Source of the DNA: an uncultured delta proteobacterium
GTDB taxonomy: Bacteria > Desulfobacterota > Binatia > UBA9968
Direction of reading: 5' to 3'
Length of the DNA: 64,000 nt
Assembly (NCBI GenBank): GCA_963771465.1
Contig: CAVYTU010000014.1
Span: 512,001-576,000 of the forward strand
Shown piece by piece: positions 39,144 to 49,391 of this stretch (the first letter of the stretch is position 1; the number at the start of each line of letters is the position of its first letter). Position numbers and translations under genes: made by a program. The notes under the pieces were generated by a model. That model searched no databases. It was not told the origin of the DNA and worked only from the letters and a program-made list of their open reading frames with translations.

Positions 39144-40507
39144 GGCCTGGCTCTAGTTGACGTCTGCGGTTTGCTTTTCTGCTTACTGAGACACATGCCG
39201 AGAACCAACTTCTCCAGCACCAAACGCTGCTGGCCGGCGCTCGACTTCAGCCGCAAATCGGCGTCGAACAAGCCGTCCATATAGGAACTGAGATCGGCGA
39301 GCGAAAAGCGTTCAGCGCGCTGGAAACACATATAATCACCGTAAGGATTGTGCGTTAGCAGCGCTGTGCCCTGTTTCAAAACGGTCTGCTGAAACTGCTG
39401 ATAACTCATGCCCCGCTTCCAAACGCGCGCCAGATCGGTCTCAAGCAGCTGGCGCGCCGATAACAGACGGCGAATTTCTGACGCCACCGTGCCCAACAGC
39501 CGTAAAGGATGTTCTCCCTGGGCCAGCAAGCGAGATAACTGAGACAGCGCGCCGGCTGCATCGCGCTCGCCGATGGCGCGGGTGAGATCGAAGATCCAAC
39601 CTTCACCATGATCGGCAAATATCGCCTTGACATCCTGCATGCGGATCGCCGCACGTTCGCCGACAAACAGGATCAGTTTGTCCAGCTCTTGCTGTAGGGC
39701 GCGTAGCTCGTCGCCGGCGCGCGCGACAATCATCTCGCGCGCTTGCGCTTCGACCATTTTGCCGCTGCGGCTCAGCCGTTGGTTGACGAACTCGAGCAAA
39801 CTCTCCCGGCTGATCCTGCCGCTGCGGTCCCGTTCAAGATCGAGACAAAGCGCCGCGCCAATTTCCTCGAAGCGCTTGTACAAGCGCGTGCGCCGGTCGA
39901 CTTGCACCGCGGTGAGGAGCAAAAAGTCCCAATCCGGTAAACCCTCATCAAGCAAGTTCGTCAGCCGATGCCCTTCCGAACCTTTGCGCTTGCTCAGATC
40001 AACATCGCGGCTTTTGCCGTAGGCAATCAACGCCTCGACTTCCTCTTGGGCCTCGCCGCCGTCGGCATCCAATAACCCAACCAGCACTCTTGCCGATGCG
40101 GTTTCGAGCCGATCCCATTGCTCCTGGGTCCAACCTTCGAGCACCAGTAAATCGATCAGTAGTTTAACCGCGTCGTCGCGTTTGCCGTCACGCCACAGCG
40201 CGAGAATTTTGTCACCCAGCTCGCCTTTTTGCTCGCGGGAAAAAAAATACGGCGCATTTTCAACCCAGAGAAGCTTTTTGCCGGGAAAAAACGGCGGCGT
40301 CATGAGGGACGCTTCGACTTGATCCCAAGTCGCATTTCGGCCGTCGAATCGTTCGAAGTTAAAACCTCTTTGATCTTCCGGCACGATGAGATCGAGGACT
40401 TTTTTGCCGGCTTCCTGCACTTTGAGATCGTCACCGAAGAGCAGCAAAAGGCGCGCGCCTTTGCTGTTTTTGAGATCGGCCAGGACGGTGAGTAGGTCGC
40501 GTTTCAC
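39140..40507 (-). CDS. holA: DNA polymerase III delta subunit (elongated)
   Basis: LLFGDD, FN.ERFDG, TPPFF, ELDKLILF, IFDL..AI, AD..LKSS. Confidence 0.85.
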   Translation of the reverse strand: MKRDLLTVLADLKNSKGARLLLLFGDDLKVQEAGKKVLDLIVPEDQRGFNFERFDGRNATWDQVEASLMTPPFFPGKKLLWVENAPYFFSREQKGELGDKILALWRDGKRDDAVKLLIDLLVLEGWTQEQWDRLETASARVLVGLLDADGGEAQEEVEALIAYGKSRDVDLSKRKGSEGHRLTNLLDEGLPDWDFLLLTAVQVDRRTRLYKRFEEIGAALCLDLERDRSGRISRESLLEFVNQRLSRSGKMVEAQAREMIVARAGDELRALQQELDKLILFVGERAAIRMQDVKAIFADHGEGWIFDLTRAIGERDAAGALSQLSRLLAQGEHPLRLLGTVASEIRRLLSARQLLETDLARVWKRGMSYQQFQQTVLKQGTALLTHNPYGDYMCFQRAERFSLADLSSYMDGLFDADLRLKSSAGQQRLVLEKLVLGMCLSKQKSKPQTSTRARP

Positions 40508-40579
40508 GGTATGCTAGCGGTCAGTTTCATCCTTGGGCGCGAGGTAAAAGTCATTGACGACAGCGAAATTGGATCGAAC

Positions 40580-40816
40580 TTAATGCTTGGCAATCCACAT
40601 CTGGTTCTTATCGTTCCAGGCGTAATCCGAGCGCCAGACCTTGAGACCGATCGTGTATTTGCCGCCCGATTTGGTTACGAAAATTCGCTCCATCGAGTGC
40701 GGAATCTCGGTGCGGGCGATGATCATGACCTTTTTCGAGATCCCTTTATTGATCAGAATCCGGTCGCCCTCGCGCATGGTCACACGATTATCTTTTCTCG
40801 GTCGTCTACCGCTCAT
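40580..40816 (-). CDS. Small basic hypothetical protein
   Basis: 78-aa ORF in an otherwise empty gap, co-oriented with holA. Confidence 0.5.
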   Translation of the reverse strand: MSGRRPRKDNRVTMREGDRILINKGISKKVMIIARTEIPHSMERIFVTKSGGKYTIGLKVWRSDYAWNDKNQMWIAKH

Positions 40817-40959
40817 GGGCTCAAGCTACCACCGCCGATTTCTTCAGGCAATGCTTTCGCCAAAGCAAACGCGGCCACGCGCTAGTCGAACAGTAATTAG
40901 CTTGACATTCCGCTAGCCCTCCGATAGCTCTCCGGGAAACCGTTGCGACGATAGCCAAA

Positions 40960-41955
40960 ATGAATATCGACGTCCATGCTCATTATGTCCCGCCGGATAG
41001 CTTGAAAGTCGTCAGCGAGATCGGCAAACGCCATAATCTTAAACTGGCGACGAACGAGCGCGGCCGCGAAATCGTCACCCGCGACGGCAAGCAGTTCCTG
41101 ACTCAGCTCAAAGCGGAATTCTCCAAACTCGATTTGCGTCTTTCGATTATGGATCAGCAGGGCGTCGACATGCAGGTGCTGTCACCGGCAGGCAGCTATT
41201 TCTTCTATTGGATGCCCGCCGAAGAATCGTTGGAATTCGCCGGCTGGCTCAACGACCGATTGGCCGAAGCCGTCGCCACGCATCCCAAGCGTTTGGTCGC
41301 GCTCGGCTCAGTACCGATGCAAGACGCCGGCAAAGCCGCGACCGAACTCGAACGGGCGATGACGAAACTCGGTCTGCGCGGCGTCGAAGTCGCCAGCAAT
41401 ATTAACGGCCGCTACTTCGACGACACTGGCTTCGACCCTTTCTGGGAAGCGGCACAGGCGCTCGACGCCTTGATCTTCGTCCATCCCCACCAAGTCGTCG
41501 GTGCCGAGCGCATGAAGGAATTTAACCTATCGAATTTGATCGGTAATCCTACCGATACCTCGTTGGCATTCGCGAAGTTGATCTTTGGCGGCGTGCTCGA
41601 GCGCTTTCCACGGTTAAAATTCTTGCTCGCCCATGCCGGCGGCTTTTTGCCTTACACTTGCGGCAGGCTCGACCGCGGCTATCGAATTCAGGATTCGGCG
41701 ACGGCGAAAATTCCCAGGCCGCCCAGCGAGTACGTCAAGTTGTTGCACTTCGACACGATTACCCATAGTGCCATGGCGCTCGAATATTTGGTTGCGAACT
41801 TCGGCGCTAAGAATGTGCTCTTGGGTAGTGATTACCCTTACGATATGGGCGATCCCCAACCCGTGGAGTCGCTGCAGCAAACCAAGATCGCCGGCACGGC
41901 GCGGGAGCTAATATCCAGCGCCAACGCGTGTAAACTCTTGCGCATCGGTATATAG
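40960..41955 (+). CDS. Amidohydrolase_2 family decarboxylase (ACMSD-like)
   Basis: IDVHAH, FVHP, AHAGG.LP, LGSDYPY. Confidence 0.88.
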   Translation: MNIDVHAHYVPPDSLKVVSEIGKRHNLKLATNERGREIVTRDGKQFLTQLKAEFSKLDLRLSIMDQQGVDMQVLSPAGSYFFYWMPAEESLEFAGWLNDRLAEAVATHPKRLVALGSVPMQDAGKAATELERAMTKLGLRGVEVASNINGRYFDDTGFDPFWEAAQALDALIFVHPHQVVGAERMKEFNLSNLIGNPTDTSLAFAKLIFGGVLERFPRLKFLLAHAGGFLPYTCGRLDRGYRIQDSATAKIPRPPSEYVKLLHFDTITHSAMALEYLVANFGAKNVLLGSDYPYDMGDPQPVESLQQTKIAGTARELISSANACKLLRIGI

Positions 41956-41984
41956 AAGACGGAATAAGCAAATTCGGAGGAATC

Positions 41985-42929
41985 ATGCGACTCGTCACTT
42001 TTACTCGGAAGAATCAACAGCGCTTGGGTCTCATGGGCCCACTGGAACAGCTCATCGATCTCGCCGAGGTCAACCGGCGTTATCTCAAAGGCGGCAAAGC
42101 GCCGTTCTTGGCCAGCATGCAAGCGTTTATTGAAGCCGGCGGCAAGGCCCTGCAGGTCGCCCGCAAAGCGGAAAAGTACGTAGCGGGAAAAAATCCCGAT
42201 GAACAGAAAAAACTAGTCGCGGTGGGCGCCCTGGTAAAACCCAATCAGGCGAAAATCATTTCACCGATTCCCACGCCGAGAAAAAACTGCGTCATGCTCG
42301 GCATCAATTACCGCGAGCATGTCGACGAAGGCGCACGAGCGCGCCAATTGGAAATCAAATATCCCGACTATCCGGTTTTCTTCACCAAGCCGGCGACTTC
42401 CGTGATCGGTCAGTTCGGCAAAGTCATCAAGCACAAGGTTACCGACAAACTCGACTGGGAAGTCGAGCTTGCCGTGATCATCGGCAAAAAAGGCCGCGAT
42501 ATTCCAAAAGCGAAAGCCTACGACTACGTCTTCGGTTACACCGTCTGCCTCGACATGACCGCCCGCGAGCTTCAACGCATCCACGGCCAATGGTTCAAAG
42601 GCAAAGCGCTCGACACACTGTGCCCGCTCGGGCCGTGGATCGTGCACAAAAGCGCCATGCCCGACCCGCAGCAGGTGCGGCTCATCTGCCGGGTAAACGG
42701 CCAAGTAATGCAAGACGGCAACACCCGAGACATGATCTTCGACATCCCGACGATAATCGAATCGCTCTCAGGCGGCATGACATTGGAGCCGGGAGATGTC
42801 ATCAGCACCGGCACACCGTCCGGAGTCGGTTTCGCGCGCACGCCGCCGGTATTTTTGAATCCCGGCGACAAGGTCGAAGGCGAAGTCGAGGGGATCGGCA
42901 CACTCCAAGTCGACATCGTCGCGTCGTAA
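41985..42929 (+). CDS. Fumarylacetoacetate hydrolase family protein
   Basis: G.NY..H, FTK, DWEVEL, D.TAR, GK..DT.CP.GP, TGTPSGVG. Confidence 0.9.
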   Translation: MRLVTFTRKNQQRLGLMGPLEQLIDLAEVNRRYLKGGKAPFLASMQAFIEAGGKALQVARKAEKYVAGKNPDEQKKLVAVGALVKPNQAKIISPIPTPRKNCVMLGINYREHVDEGARARQLEIKYPDYPVFFTKPATSVIGQFGKVIKHKVTDKLDWEVELAVIIGKKGRDIPKAKAYDYVFGYTVCLDMTARELQRIHGQWFKGKALDTLCPLGPWIVHKSAMPDPQQVRLICRVNGQVMQDGNTRDMIFDIPTIIESLSGGMTLEPGDVISTGTPSGVGFARTPPVFLNPGDKVEGEVEGIGTLQVDIVAS

Positions 42930-42966
42930 CGATTTCGCTTAAGTCTCCCGCGAGAGTTCCAGCCAA

Positions 42967-43015
42967 CCTGCCGCGGCGGCGGAAACCAGCGAGTGCGCCG
43001 CCGCGGCAGGGCTTT
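42967..43015 (+). terminator. Strong hairpin / probable terminator after the FAH gene
   Basis: Perfect 15-bp stem CCTGCCGCGGCGGCG / CGCCGCCGCGGCAGG then GCTTT. Confidence 0.5.
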
Positions 43016-43194
43016 AAACGCTTTTCAATCTCGATTTTCACATCAGCTCTCTCGGTCGACGCGGTGATTTTGCGCCGGCTGTTAAACTATTGGCGCCACT
43101 TTGGCACCGTCCTGCCGCTGTGCATAGGCGTCGGCTACGTAAACATGACTCTACCAATTTGACTTGCCACCATCGCTTTGTTAAGCCTTTTTCC

Positions 43195-43288
43195 GTTGCT
43201 AGGGGTGTCTGCCAAGGTCAGACTGAGAGCCTGAGAAACAGGTAACCCTTTGAACCTGATCCGGGTCGCACCGGCGTAGGGAAGCGTG
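43195..43288 (+). ncRNA. TPP riboswitch
   Basis: GGGGTG...CTGAGA...ACCCTTTGAACCTGATCCGG...CCGGCGTAGGGAA upstream of thiS. Confidence 0.93.
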
Positions 43289-43333
43289 AAAGTCATACTC
43301 CCGCGAAATCACATGAGCGGGATAAACTTGAAA

Positions 43334-43383
43334 CCGTATTCCCTGACCACCAGCGGGTGGTCTGAGCGAATGCGGTTTTTTTT
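43334..43383 (+). terminator. Riboswitch attenuator terminator
   Basis: CCGTATTC..GACCACC-AGCG-GGTGGTC..GAATGCGG followed by T8. Confidence 0.7.
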
Positions 43384-43389
43384 GTTGTC

Positions 43390-43590
43390 ATGAAAATCAA
43401 GATTAACGGCGAAGAGAAACAGATTGCCGACGGACTGAGCATCAACGCATTACTCGAATCGCTCCAGATTCGCCCCGGCCGAGTAGTCGTGGAGCGCAAT
43501 CGAGACATCGTGCAACGCGATTCATTCGCCGCCACGATGTTGGTTGAGGGCGACGCTCTGGAGATCGTTCATTTCGTCGGTGGAGGATAA
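43390..43590 (+). CDS. thiS: Sulfur carrier protein ThiS
   Basis: 66 aa ending EIVHFVGGG. Confidence 0.95.
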   Translation: MKIKINGEEKQIADGLSINALLESLQIRPGRVVVERNRDIVQRDSFAATMLVEGDALEIVHFVGGG

Positions 43591-43593
43591 ATC

Positions 43594-44367
43594 ATGGAAG
43601 ATTTTTTCGAACTCGCGGGGAGCAAATTTCGCTCGCGGCTAATCGTCGGCACCGGCAAGTATAAAGATTTCGTTGAAACCAAGCGGGCCATCGAAGTTTC
43701 CGGCGCCGAGATCGTCACGGTCGCGGTACGCCGGGTTAACATCACCGATCCGAATAAAGAAAATCTACTCGATTATCTCGATCCGAAAAAATACACGATC
43801 CTGCCCAACACTGCGGGCTGTTATAATGCCGACGATGCGGTGCGCACTTGCCGTCTTGCACGCGAAGCGGGCGTGGGCAAACTCGTAAAGCTCGAAGTCA
43901 TCGGCGATGACCGCACGCTCTTTCCCGACGTGCCGGCGACCATCGACGCCGCAAAAATTCTCGTCAAAGAAGGTTTTATCGTGCTGCCCTACATCACCGA
44001 CGATCCAATCACCGCCAAGAAACTCGAAGATATCGGCTGCGCCGCGGTCATGCCGCTAGCCGCGCCCATCGGTTCGGGATTAGGCATAAGAAATCCGTAT
44101 AATATTCGCATCATCTTGGAATACGCCAAAGTTCCGGTCATCGTCGATGCCGGCGTCGGCACGGCATCGGACGCGGCGGTTGCCATGGAAATGGGTTGTG
44201 CCGGTGTCCTTATGAACACGGCGATCGCCAGTGCCAAGGATCCAATTCTGATGGCCGAGGCGATGCGCCAAGGTGTCGAGGCTGGACGAAAAGCATTTCT
44301 AGCCGGCAGGATTCCTAAAAAACTCTACGCCACGGCCTCCAGTCCGTTGGACGGAATGCTGAACTGA
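43594..44367 (+). CDS. thiG: Thiazole synthase
   Basis: [38 protein letters not shown]. Confidence 0.96.
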   Translation: MEDFFELAGSKFRSRLIVGTGKYKDFVETKRAIEVSGAEIVTVAVRRVNITDPNKENLLDYLDPKKYTILPNTAGCYNADDAVRTCRLAREAGVGKLVKLEVIGDDRTLFPDVPATIDAAKILVKEGFIVLPYITDDPITAKKLEDIGCAAVMPLAAPIGSGLGIRNPYNIRIILEYAKVPVIVDAGVGTASDAAVAMEMGCAGVLMNTAIASAKDPILMAEAMRQGVEAGRKAFLAGRIPKKLYATASSPLDGMLN

Positions 44368-44376
44368 CCCGCTACA

Positions 44377-45003
44377 GTGCCTCCGCCCAATTTCGACCTT
44401 TATTTAATCACCGATCGAACGCTAACCCAGGGACGCGATCTCTGCGCGGTTGTCGAACAATCCTTGAACGCCGGCGCGCGCGCTATTCAGCTCAGGGAAA
44501 AGGATCTCGGCGGTAAAGAGCTCTTCGAGCTCGCCGATAAGATCTCTGTGCTGTGTCAACGTTATAACGCACAACTGTTCATCAACGACCGCATCGATGT
44601 CGCACTCGCCGTCGATGCGGCGGGAGTGCAATTGGGCAAGACTTCGCTTCCGATCGATACCGCCCGCGCTTTGCTTGGCGAGGAGAAATCCATCGGCTAT
44701 TCAGCCCACTCCCTAGAGGAAGCCAAAATAGCCGAGCGGCACGGCGCCGGTTTTGTTCTGTTCGGTCCAGTCCATATGACACCGTCCAAAGCCACCTTCG
44801 GGGCGCCCCAAGGATTGGCTGCTTTGAAAGAAACAGTGGCTAAACTTGGCGTCCCCGTCTATGCTATTGGCGGAATTAACTCTGAAAATTTGACGGAGAC
44901 AATGAGAACTGGCGTGCGTGGCGTGGCGCTTATCTCGGCGGTGATGAGCGCCGAAAACCCGACAGCCGCGACCAGAACAATTCTAACCAAGCTAGCAAGG
45001 TAA
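44377..45003 (+). CDS. thiE: Thiamine phosphate synthase
   Basis: QLREKD, INDRIDVA, SAH, T.SK, AIGGI. Confidence 0.9.
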   Translation: MPPPNFDLYLITDRTLTQGRDLCAVVEQSLNAGARAIQLREKDLGGKELFELADKISVLCQRYNAQLFINDRIDVALAVDAAGVQLGKTSLPIDTARALLGEEKSIGYSAHSLEEAKIAERHGAGFVLFGPVHMTPSKATFGAPQGLAALKETVAKLGVPVYAIGGINSENLTETMRTGVRGVALISAVMSAENPTAATRTILTKLAR

Positions 45004-45007
45004 CGCG

Positions 45008-45313
45008 ATGAAGGAAGCTGCCCTTGAGGCGTTGATCTATAGCATCGACAATCCGGTTTTAACCCTGGTGATCGCGTTTTTAGCCGGGTTTCTTGCGAGT
45101 AAACTCGTTGCCGCTGACCGCCGGCCGGGAGTTTTTGGCTTTTCGATCATTGGCCTGATCGGTTTCTTCCTTAGCCACGTCGTGTTATCGTACTACCAAC
45201 TGAACGAAACCCTCGATAGTCTCTATGAGCTACGCATTTTCATCGATCTGGTCGCCGCTTTTTTCGGGTCCTTTGTAATCGCGGGCGTCATACATTTCCT
45301 TAAACCCTCGTGA
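45008..45313 (+). CDS. Small membrane protein (GlsB/YeaQ/YmgE-like)
   Basis: Three TM helices, AGFLA..L, GLIG.F, AF.GS pattern. Confidence 0.65.
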   Translation: MKEAALEALIYSIDNPVLTLVIAFLAGFLASKLVAADRRPGVFGFSIIGLIGFFLSHVVLSYYQLNETLDSLYELRIFIDLVAAFFGSFVIAGVIHFLKPS

Positions 45314-45389
<76 letters not shown>

Positions 45390-45560
45390 GTCACTACTTG
45401 CGGCCTAGGAATCCGGCTCGATAGCGAAGCGGCGGCTCTGCCGTCATTTCTATTTGACAAGCTATTCCATGACCTGTTAACAAATCGGTAAGTTTTGAAC
45501 GGACGTTTTGGCATTGGCGGTCAGAACCGAAAAATTCCAAATTTTGACAGGGAGGTTTCT

Positions 45561-46520
45561 ATGATTAGTGCCAACGAGTTGAACGGAGTATTGGGGATGA
45601 TGCCTGCGTTTGCGACGCCGGATGCAATCGACATTCACGCGACGCAAACCATCGCGGTGGATAATCTTAAAGAAGGCGTCGATAAGATCATCAAAGACGG
45701 CGTCAACAATATCGCCACCACTGGTACCTACGGCGAGTGCTACAACCTGCTCTTCGATGAATTCAAAACCCTATCTGTAGCAACCGTCGATGCGGTGAAA
45801 AAACGCGTGCCTCTATTTCTCGGTTGCACCAGTCCAAATCCGCGCGAAGTGATTCAGAAAATGAACTTCGTCAAGGAACTCGGTGCGGATGGCGTTCTGC
45901 TCGGCGTGCCCTATTATGAGACGCTGCATGTCCAAGACGCCATCAAGTTTTATCACGACATAGCCGATTTGTTTCCAAGCTTGAATATCGTCATCTACCA
46001 CAATCCTGGCAACCATAAGTTCACGATTCCTGTTGCGGCATTCAAAGAACTCGTCAAGAAATCGAACATTATCGGCATGAAAGATAGCCATCGCACGACG
46101 CAGGCGTTTATGAATCTGCAAAAGATCGTGCGCGGTAAGATCAGCGTGTTCGTTAACCAGTCACAGCTCTATCCTTACTATGCGATGGGCGCGGCGGGCT
46201 GCTGGTCGACGGAAGTTTGGATGGGGCCATGGCCGATTCTCTATCTATTGGAACAGGCGCGCAAAGGCGATGTAGCGAAGATGATCGAAGTGATCGACGA
46301 TCTCGGCGGTGTCGGCGCTGGCAAGCCGGTTCCCGGCGCAGGCAATAAACGCCCACAAGAATATGCCGACTACTGTAAAGTCGGTCCTACACGGGTGCCC
46401 TTTGTAACTTTCCCGGAAGCGGAGCTAGACAAGGCGAGAAAGCGCGCAGCGCATTGGATGGAACTTAACAAGAAATACCGCCCATTGGTGGAAGCCGCAC
46501 GCTCACGATCCGCAGCATAA
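45561..46520 (+). CDS. DHDPS/NAL family hydratase-aldolase (NahE-like)
   Basis: GGAGG RBS; MPAFATP, TTGTYGE, IYHNP, GMKDS Schiff-base Lys. Confidence 0.85.
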   Translation: MISANELNGVLGMMPAFATPDAIDIHATQTIAVDNLKEGVDKIIKDGVNNIATTGTYGECYNLLFDEFKTLSVATVDAVKKRVPLFLGCTSPNPREVIQKMNFVKELGADGVLLGVPYYETLHVQDAIKFYHDIADLFPSLNIVIYHNPGNHKFTIPVAAFKELVKKSNIIGMKDSHRTTQAFMNLQKIVRGKISVFVNQSQLYPYYAMGAAGCWSTEVWMGPWPILYLLEQARKGDVAKMIEVIDDLGGVGAGKPVPGAGNKRPQEYADYCKVGPTRVPFVTFPEAELDKARKRAAHWMELNKKYRPLVEAARSRSAA

Positions 46521-46552
46521 TCGACATCAAAGCTAATAACCGCAGACAATAT

Positions 46553-46584
46553 AAAGCCCCCGGCACTGTCCGGGGGCTTTTTTT
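46553..46584 (+). terminator. Intrinsic terminator
   Basis: AAAGCCCCCGG-N6-CCGGGGGCTTTTTTT. Confidence 0.85.
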
Positions 46585-46732
46585 GCGTAAATTACGCAGC
46601 CAATTTTTGTCGCGCTTGAGCGCCAACTGACAATCCCTTTATCGCCGTTGGCAAAGAATTACTTGTAAAAAAACCACCCGGCCCTTAAACTAACATTTCG
46701 CTGAAAGATGCTAGCAGAGGCAGGAGGTATTA

Positions 46733-47161
46733 ATGGGATTTTACGCGGAGCCATACTTGCGCGAAGCTCGCGATCGCATCAAGTCATCATCAGCTCAAAC
46801 CGGCAGCACAAATACAGAATTAGGCGATTTCAACCAGATTGCCGACGCCGTCGAGAAGGCCATCAAGGCTGCCTTAGTCGAGAACAGCGGCAGCATCCCG
46901 CAAAAATTGGAAAGCCAAAATCTCGTCTCGATTTGCCAAACTACAGGCGTTTGGGACGTGCTCCCGCCGGCTTTGCGTGGCTTAGTGCAGGATGTCGCGA
47001 CATTGCGATCCACGGCCAATCGCTCGCCCGAATCACTCAAAACCAATAACTCTTCAGCCCAGTTGAAACGCTACTTTCAAATCGCCCGCGGTCTGATCGA
47101 CTATATGGAATTTCACGTTATCGGCAACGACTCAGTCCTCAAGCGGCTGAAAATTGCGTGA
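46733..47161 (+). CDS. HEPN-like helical domain protein
   Basis: GGAGGT RBS; AVEKAIKAAL......P.....L..IC pattern. Confidence 0.65.
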   Translation: MGFYAEPYLREARDRIKSSSAQTGSTNTELGDFNQIADAVEKAIKAALVENSGSIPQKLESQNLVSICQTTGVWDVLPPALRGLVQDVATLRSTANRSPESLKTNNSSAQLKRYFQIARGLIDYMEFHVIGNDSVLKRLKIA

Positions 47162-47387
47162 CGCAACCATCCAGGGGAGTTCCACCGGCTCTTTCAAGGC
47201 TAACCGAATGCCGTAAACTTAGTACCGAATCGAATTCCAACGCAATCGGAAAAATCCCGCCGGCTCGCTGCAACGGTGCGCAGCTAATGCATTCAGAATG
47301 TTTTAGGGAGAGACACAAGAAGCTAGCCAGTTTGGCCTTTGGATGGCTTAACCGCACTTCGCGCTGAACCTCCACGCGCACCAGCCG

Positions 47388-47543
47388 CTATGCACCTAGG
47401 AAGACAAACAGCACGGCCCCTATCACCACCATAGCGCAAAAAATGCCGATGCCGGCAATTATTAGATCTTGGTCTGGCTCTCGTCGGGTTGGTGGAGAAG
47501 CGTCAGGTATTGGAATGCGATGAAATTTAAATATTCGTATCAT
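47388..47543 (-). CDS. Small membrane protein (51 aa), not in the ORF track
   Basis: MIRIFKFHRIPIP...DLIIAGIGIFCAMVVIGAVLFVFLGA*; single TM; alternative ATG 47555. Confidence 0.5.
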   Translation of the reverse strand: MIRIFKFHRIPIPDASPPTRREPDQDLIIAGIGIFCAMVVIGAVLFVFLGA

Positions 47544-47558
47544 GAGGAAATCCATGCA

Positions 47559-47573
47559 GCAGCTTCAATGCCA
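47559..47573 (-). promoter_or_regulatory. Putative sigma54 promoter
   Basis: TGGCATTGAAGCTGC (GG-N10-GC) directly upstream of the small ORF. Confidence 0.45.
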
Positions 47574-47761
47574 CCTCAATGACCCCCATGAGAGCGCAGT
47601 AATAAGTAGGTTAAAAAGAATCTATAGGAAATTATGACTCAGAGATGGGCAAAAAGATCGGGGCGAAATGGCCTGCAATTGCTCTCCATGCGGCGAGCAG
47701 ACAGATTTGCCTGTGAGATCGAAGCAAAGTTTTACTGCGGAAGATCTCGGCGCGCAGATTA

Positions 47762-48178
47762 TTATTTAAGCTTGGCTTCTCTGACGTCTACAGATTTGAT
47801 CCAACCGACTACGCCCTTTTGAGTCTTAACCATGAACCAATCGTTGCCACCGCTACTCTGAACCATCGGTACCAGCGCCTCACCTTCTTGCAATTGGTCA
47901 AGCTTTTCGGCTTCGTCATCTTGCCGCGGATAGAGTCCAGCCACTTTTGACGCGACCACGAGCCGAGTCGGCATCCCCTTTCCCTTCACTTCGCCAACCG
48001 CACCATTACCCGAACCACCCGGCGCACCACCACCTGAAGTCCGCGGTCCGGTCACGCCTTGGCCTTGCGGCATACCACCGAGCATTCGGCCATACTCGCC
48101 AAAAGCCTGAGCAAAAACGGCTTGTGGCGCGACCAGTCCGATGGCCAGAGTGAACAGTAACGGGGAAAATATTTTCAT
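47762..48178 (-). CDS. Secreted protein with C-terminal SH3-like domain
   Basis: Signal peptide, G-rich linker, W..VKT..G..GWI. Confidence 0.72.
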   Translation of the reverse strand: MKIFSPLLFTLAIGLVAPQAVFAQAFGEYGRMLGGMPQGQGVTGPRTSGGGAPGGSGNGAVGEVKGKGMPTRLVVASKVAGLYPRQDDEAEKLDQLQEGEALVPMVQSSGGNDWFMVKTQKGVVGWIKSVDVREAKLK

Positions 48179-48425
48179 CGCGTTGTCCTCTTCATCAGCG
48201 GAAATAATTAGATAATGATACGATGTTACGGTTCAGGCGACAAGGACTCGCGCGCCTATGAGAAGTTCCATGGTAATTTTTAAGCTTTATCGTATTTTGT
48301 GATATGATAGCGCGAATGATCCGAGGATTGCTCCAGTTTCACTTTCAGCCCACTGCTTGCCAATTAGTTCACGCGCCATAAGTGGCAACTTCAACGAGGT
48401 CCCAAGCCGCAAGAGCGTTGCAACG

Positions 48426-49391
48426 ATGTCGGATATTAAGCTGATGATCTTAATGCCGGTATTCAACGATTGGCAGGCGCTTTCACTGCTCCTACCGAGC
48501 TTGGAATATGAGCTCAAAACTTCTGGACTTCGTACTGGTCTCTTGCTAGTCGACGACGGCTCGACGGTTAAGCTTCCTGAAAGTTTCTCTCCAAAACTTT
48601 TGCCATCGATCGCGAGCATCGACGTCCTATCGTTGCGTCGCAATCTGGGCCATCAGCGCGCCATCGCCGTCGGATTATCCTATATTGAAGCGAACTATCC
48701 GGATTGCTCAGTGGTTATCATGGACTCCGATGGCGAGGACTCTCCGAAAGATGTGCCGCAGCTGGTGCGCGAGTGTCTTGCCCACAACGGCGAGAAAATC
48801 GTCTTCGCGGCGCGCACCCGCCGCTCTGAGGGATTGGCGTTCACGTTCTTTTACCACCTCTATCGTTTCGCACATTGGTTGCTGACGGGCATCCCAGTCC
48901 GTGTTGGCAACTTTAGTATTGTGCCGCCGGGCGCTCTCAAACGGCTGGTGGTGGTCTCCGAGCTGTGGAACCATTATGCCGCTGCCGTGCATAAAGCGAA
49001 ACTGCCGATGTCGCTTATCCCAACGGAGCGCAGCGAACGTCTAGAAGGCACACCGCGCATGGATCTGGTTTCTCTCGTGGTACACGGACTGAGTGCCATG
49101 GCGGTCTTCGGCGATCGTATCGGCGTGCGTCTTTTGATTCTGGTTTCGCTGGGTATGCTTCTGACGGTTGCCGCGCTGGTCGCCGTCGCTACTATTCGTA
49201 TCACTACCGATCTCGCAATCCCTGGCTGGGCTACCTATGTATCTGGACTCTTGCTCGTGATGTTGATGCAGATGCTCTTGGTAGTCTTGGTTTTTGTCTT
49301 TGCCATCCTAGCCGCCCGCAATGCGGTCAACGTGATTCCAACCCGCGACTATATTCACATCATGGGTGACGTACGACGAATCTATGGTTGA
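48426..49391 (+). CDS. GT2 polyprenol-phosphate glycosyltransferase (GtrB/ArnC-like)
   Basis: PVFN, VDDGS, RNLGHQRA, MDSDGED, two C-terminal TMs. Confidence 0.87.
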   Translation: MSDIKLMILMPVFNDWQALSLLLPSLEYELKTSGLRTGLLLVDDGSTVKLPESFSPKLLPSIASIDVLSLRRNLGHQRAIAVGLSYIEANYPDCSVVIMDSDGEDSPKDVPQLVRECLAHNGEKIVFAARTRRSEGLAFTFFYHLYRFAHWLLTGIPVRVGNFSIVPPGALKRLVVVSELWNHYAAAVHKAKLPMSLIPTERSERLEGTPRMDLVSLVVHGLSAMAVFGDRIGVRLLILVSLGMLLTVAALVAVATIRITTDLAIPGWATYVSGLLLVMLMQMLLVVLVFVFAILAARNAVNVIPTRDYIHIMGDVRRIYG

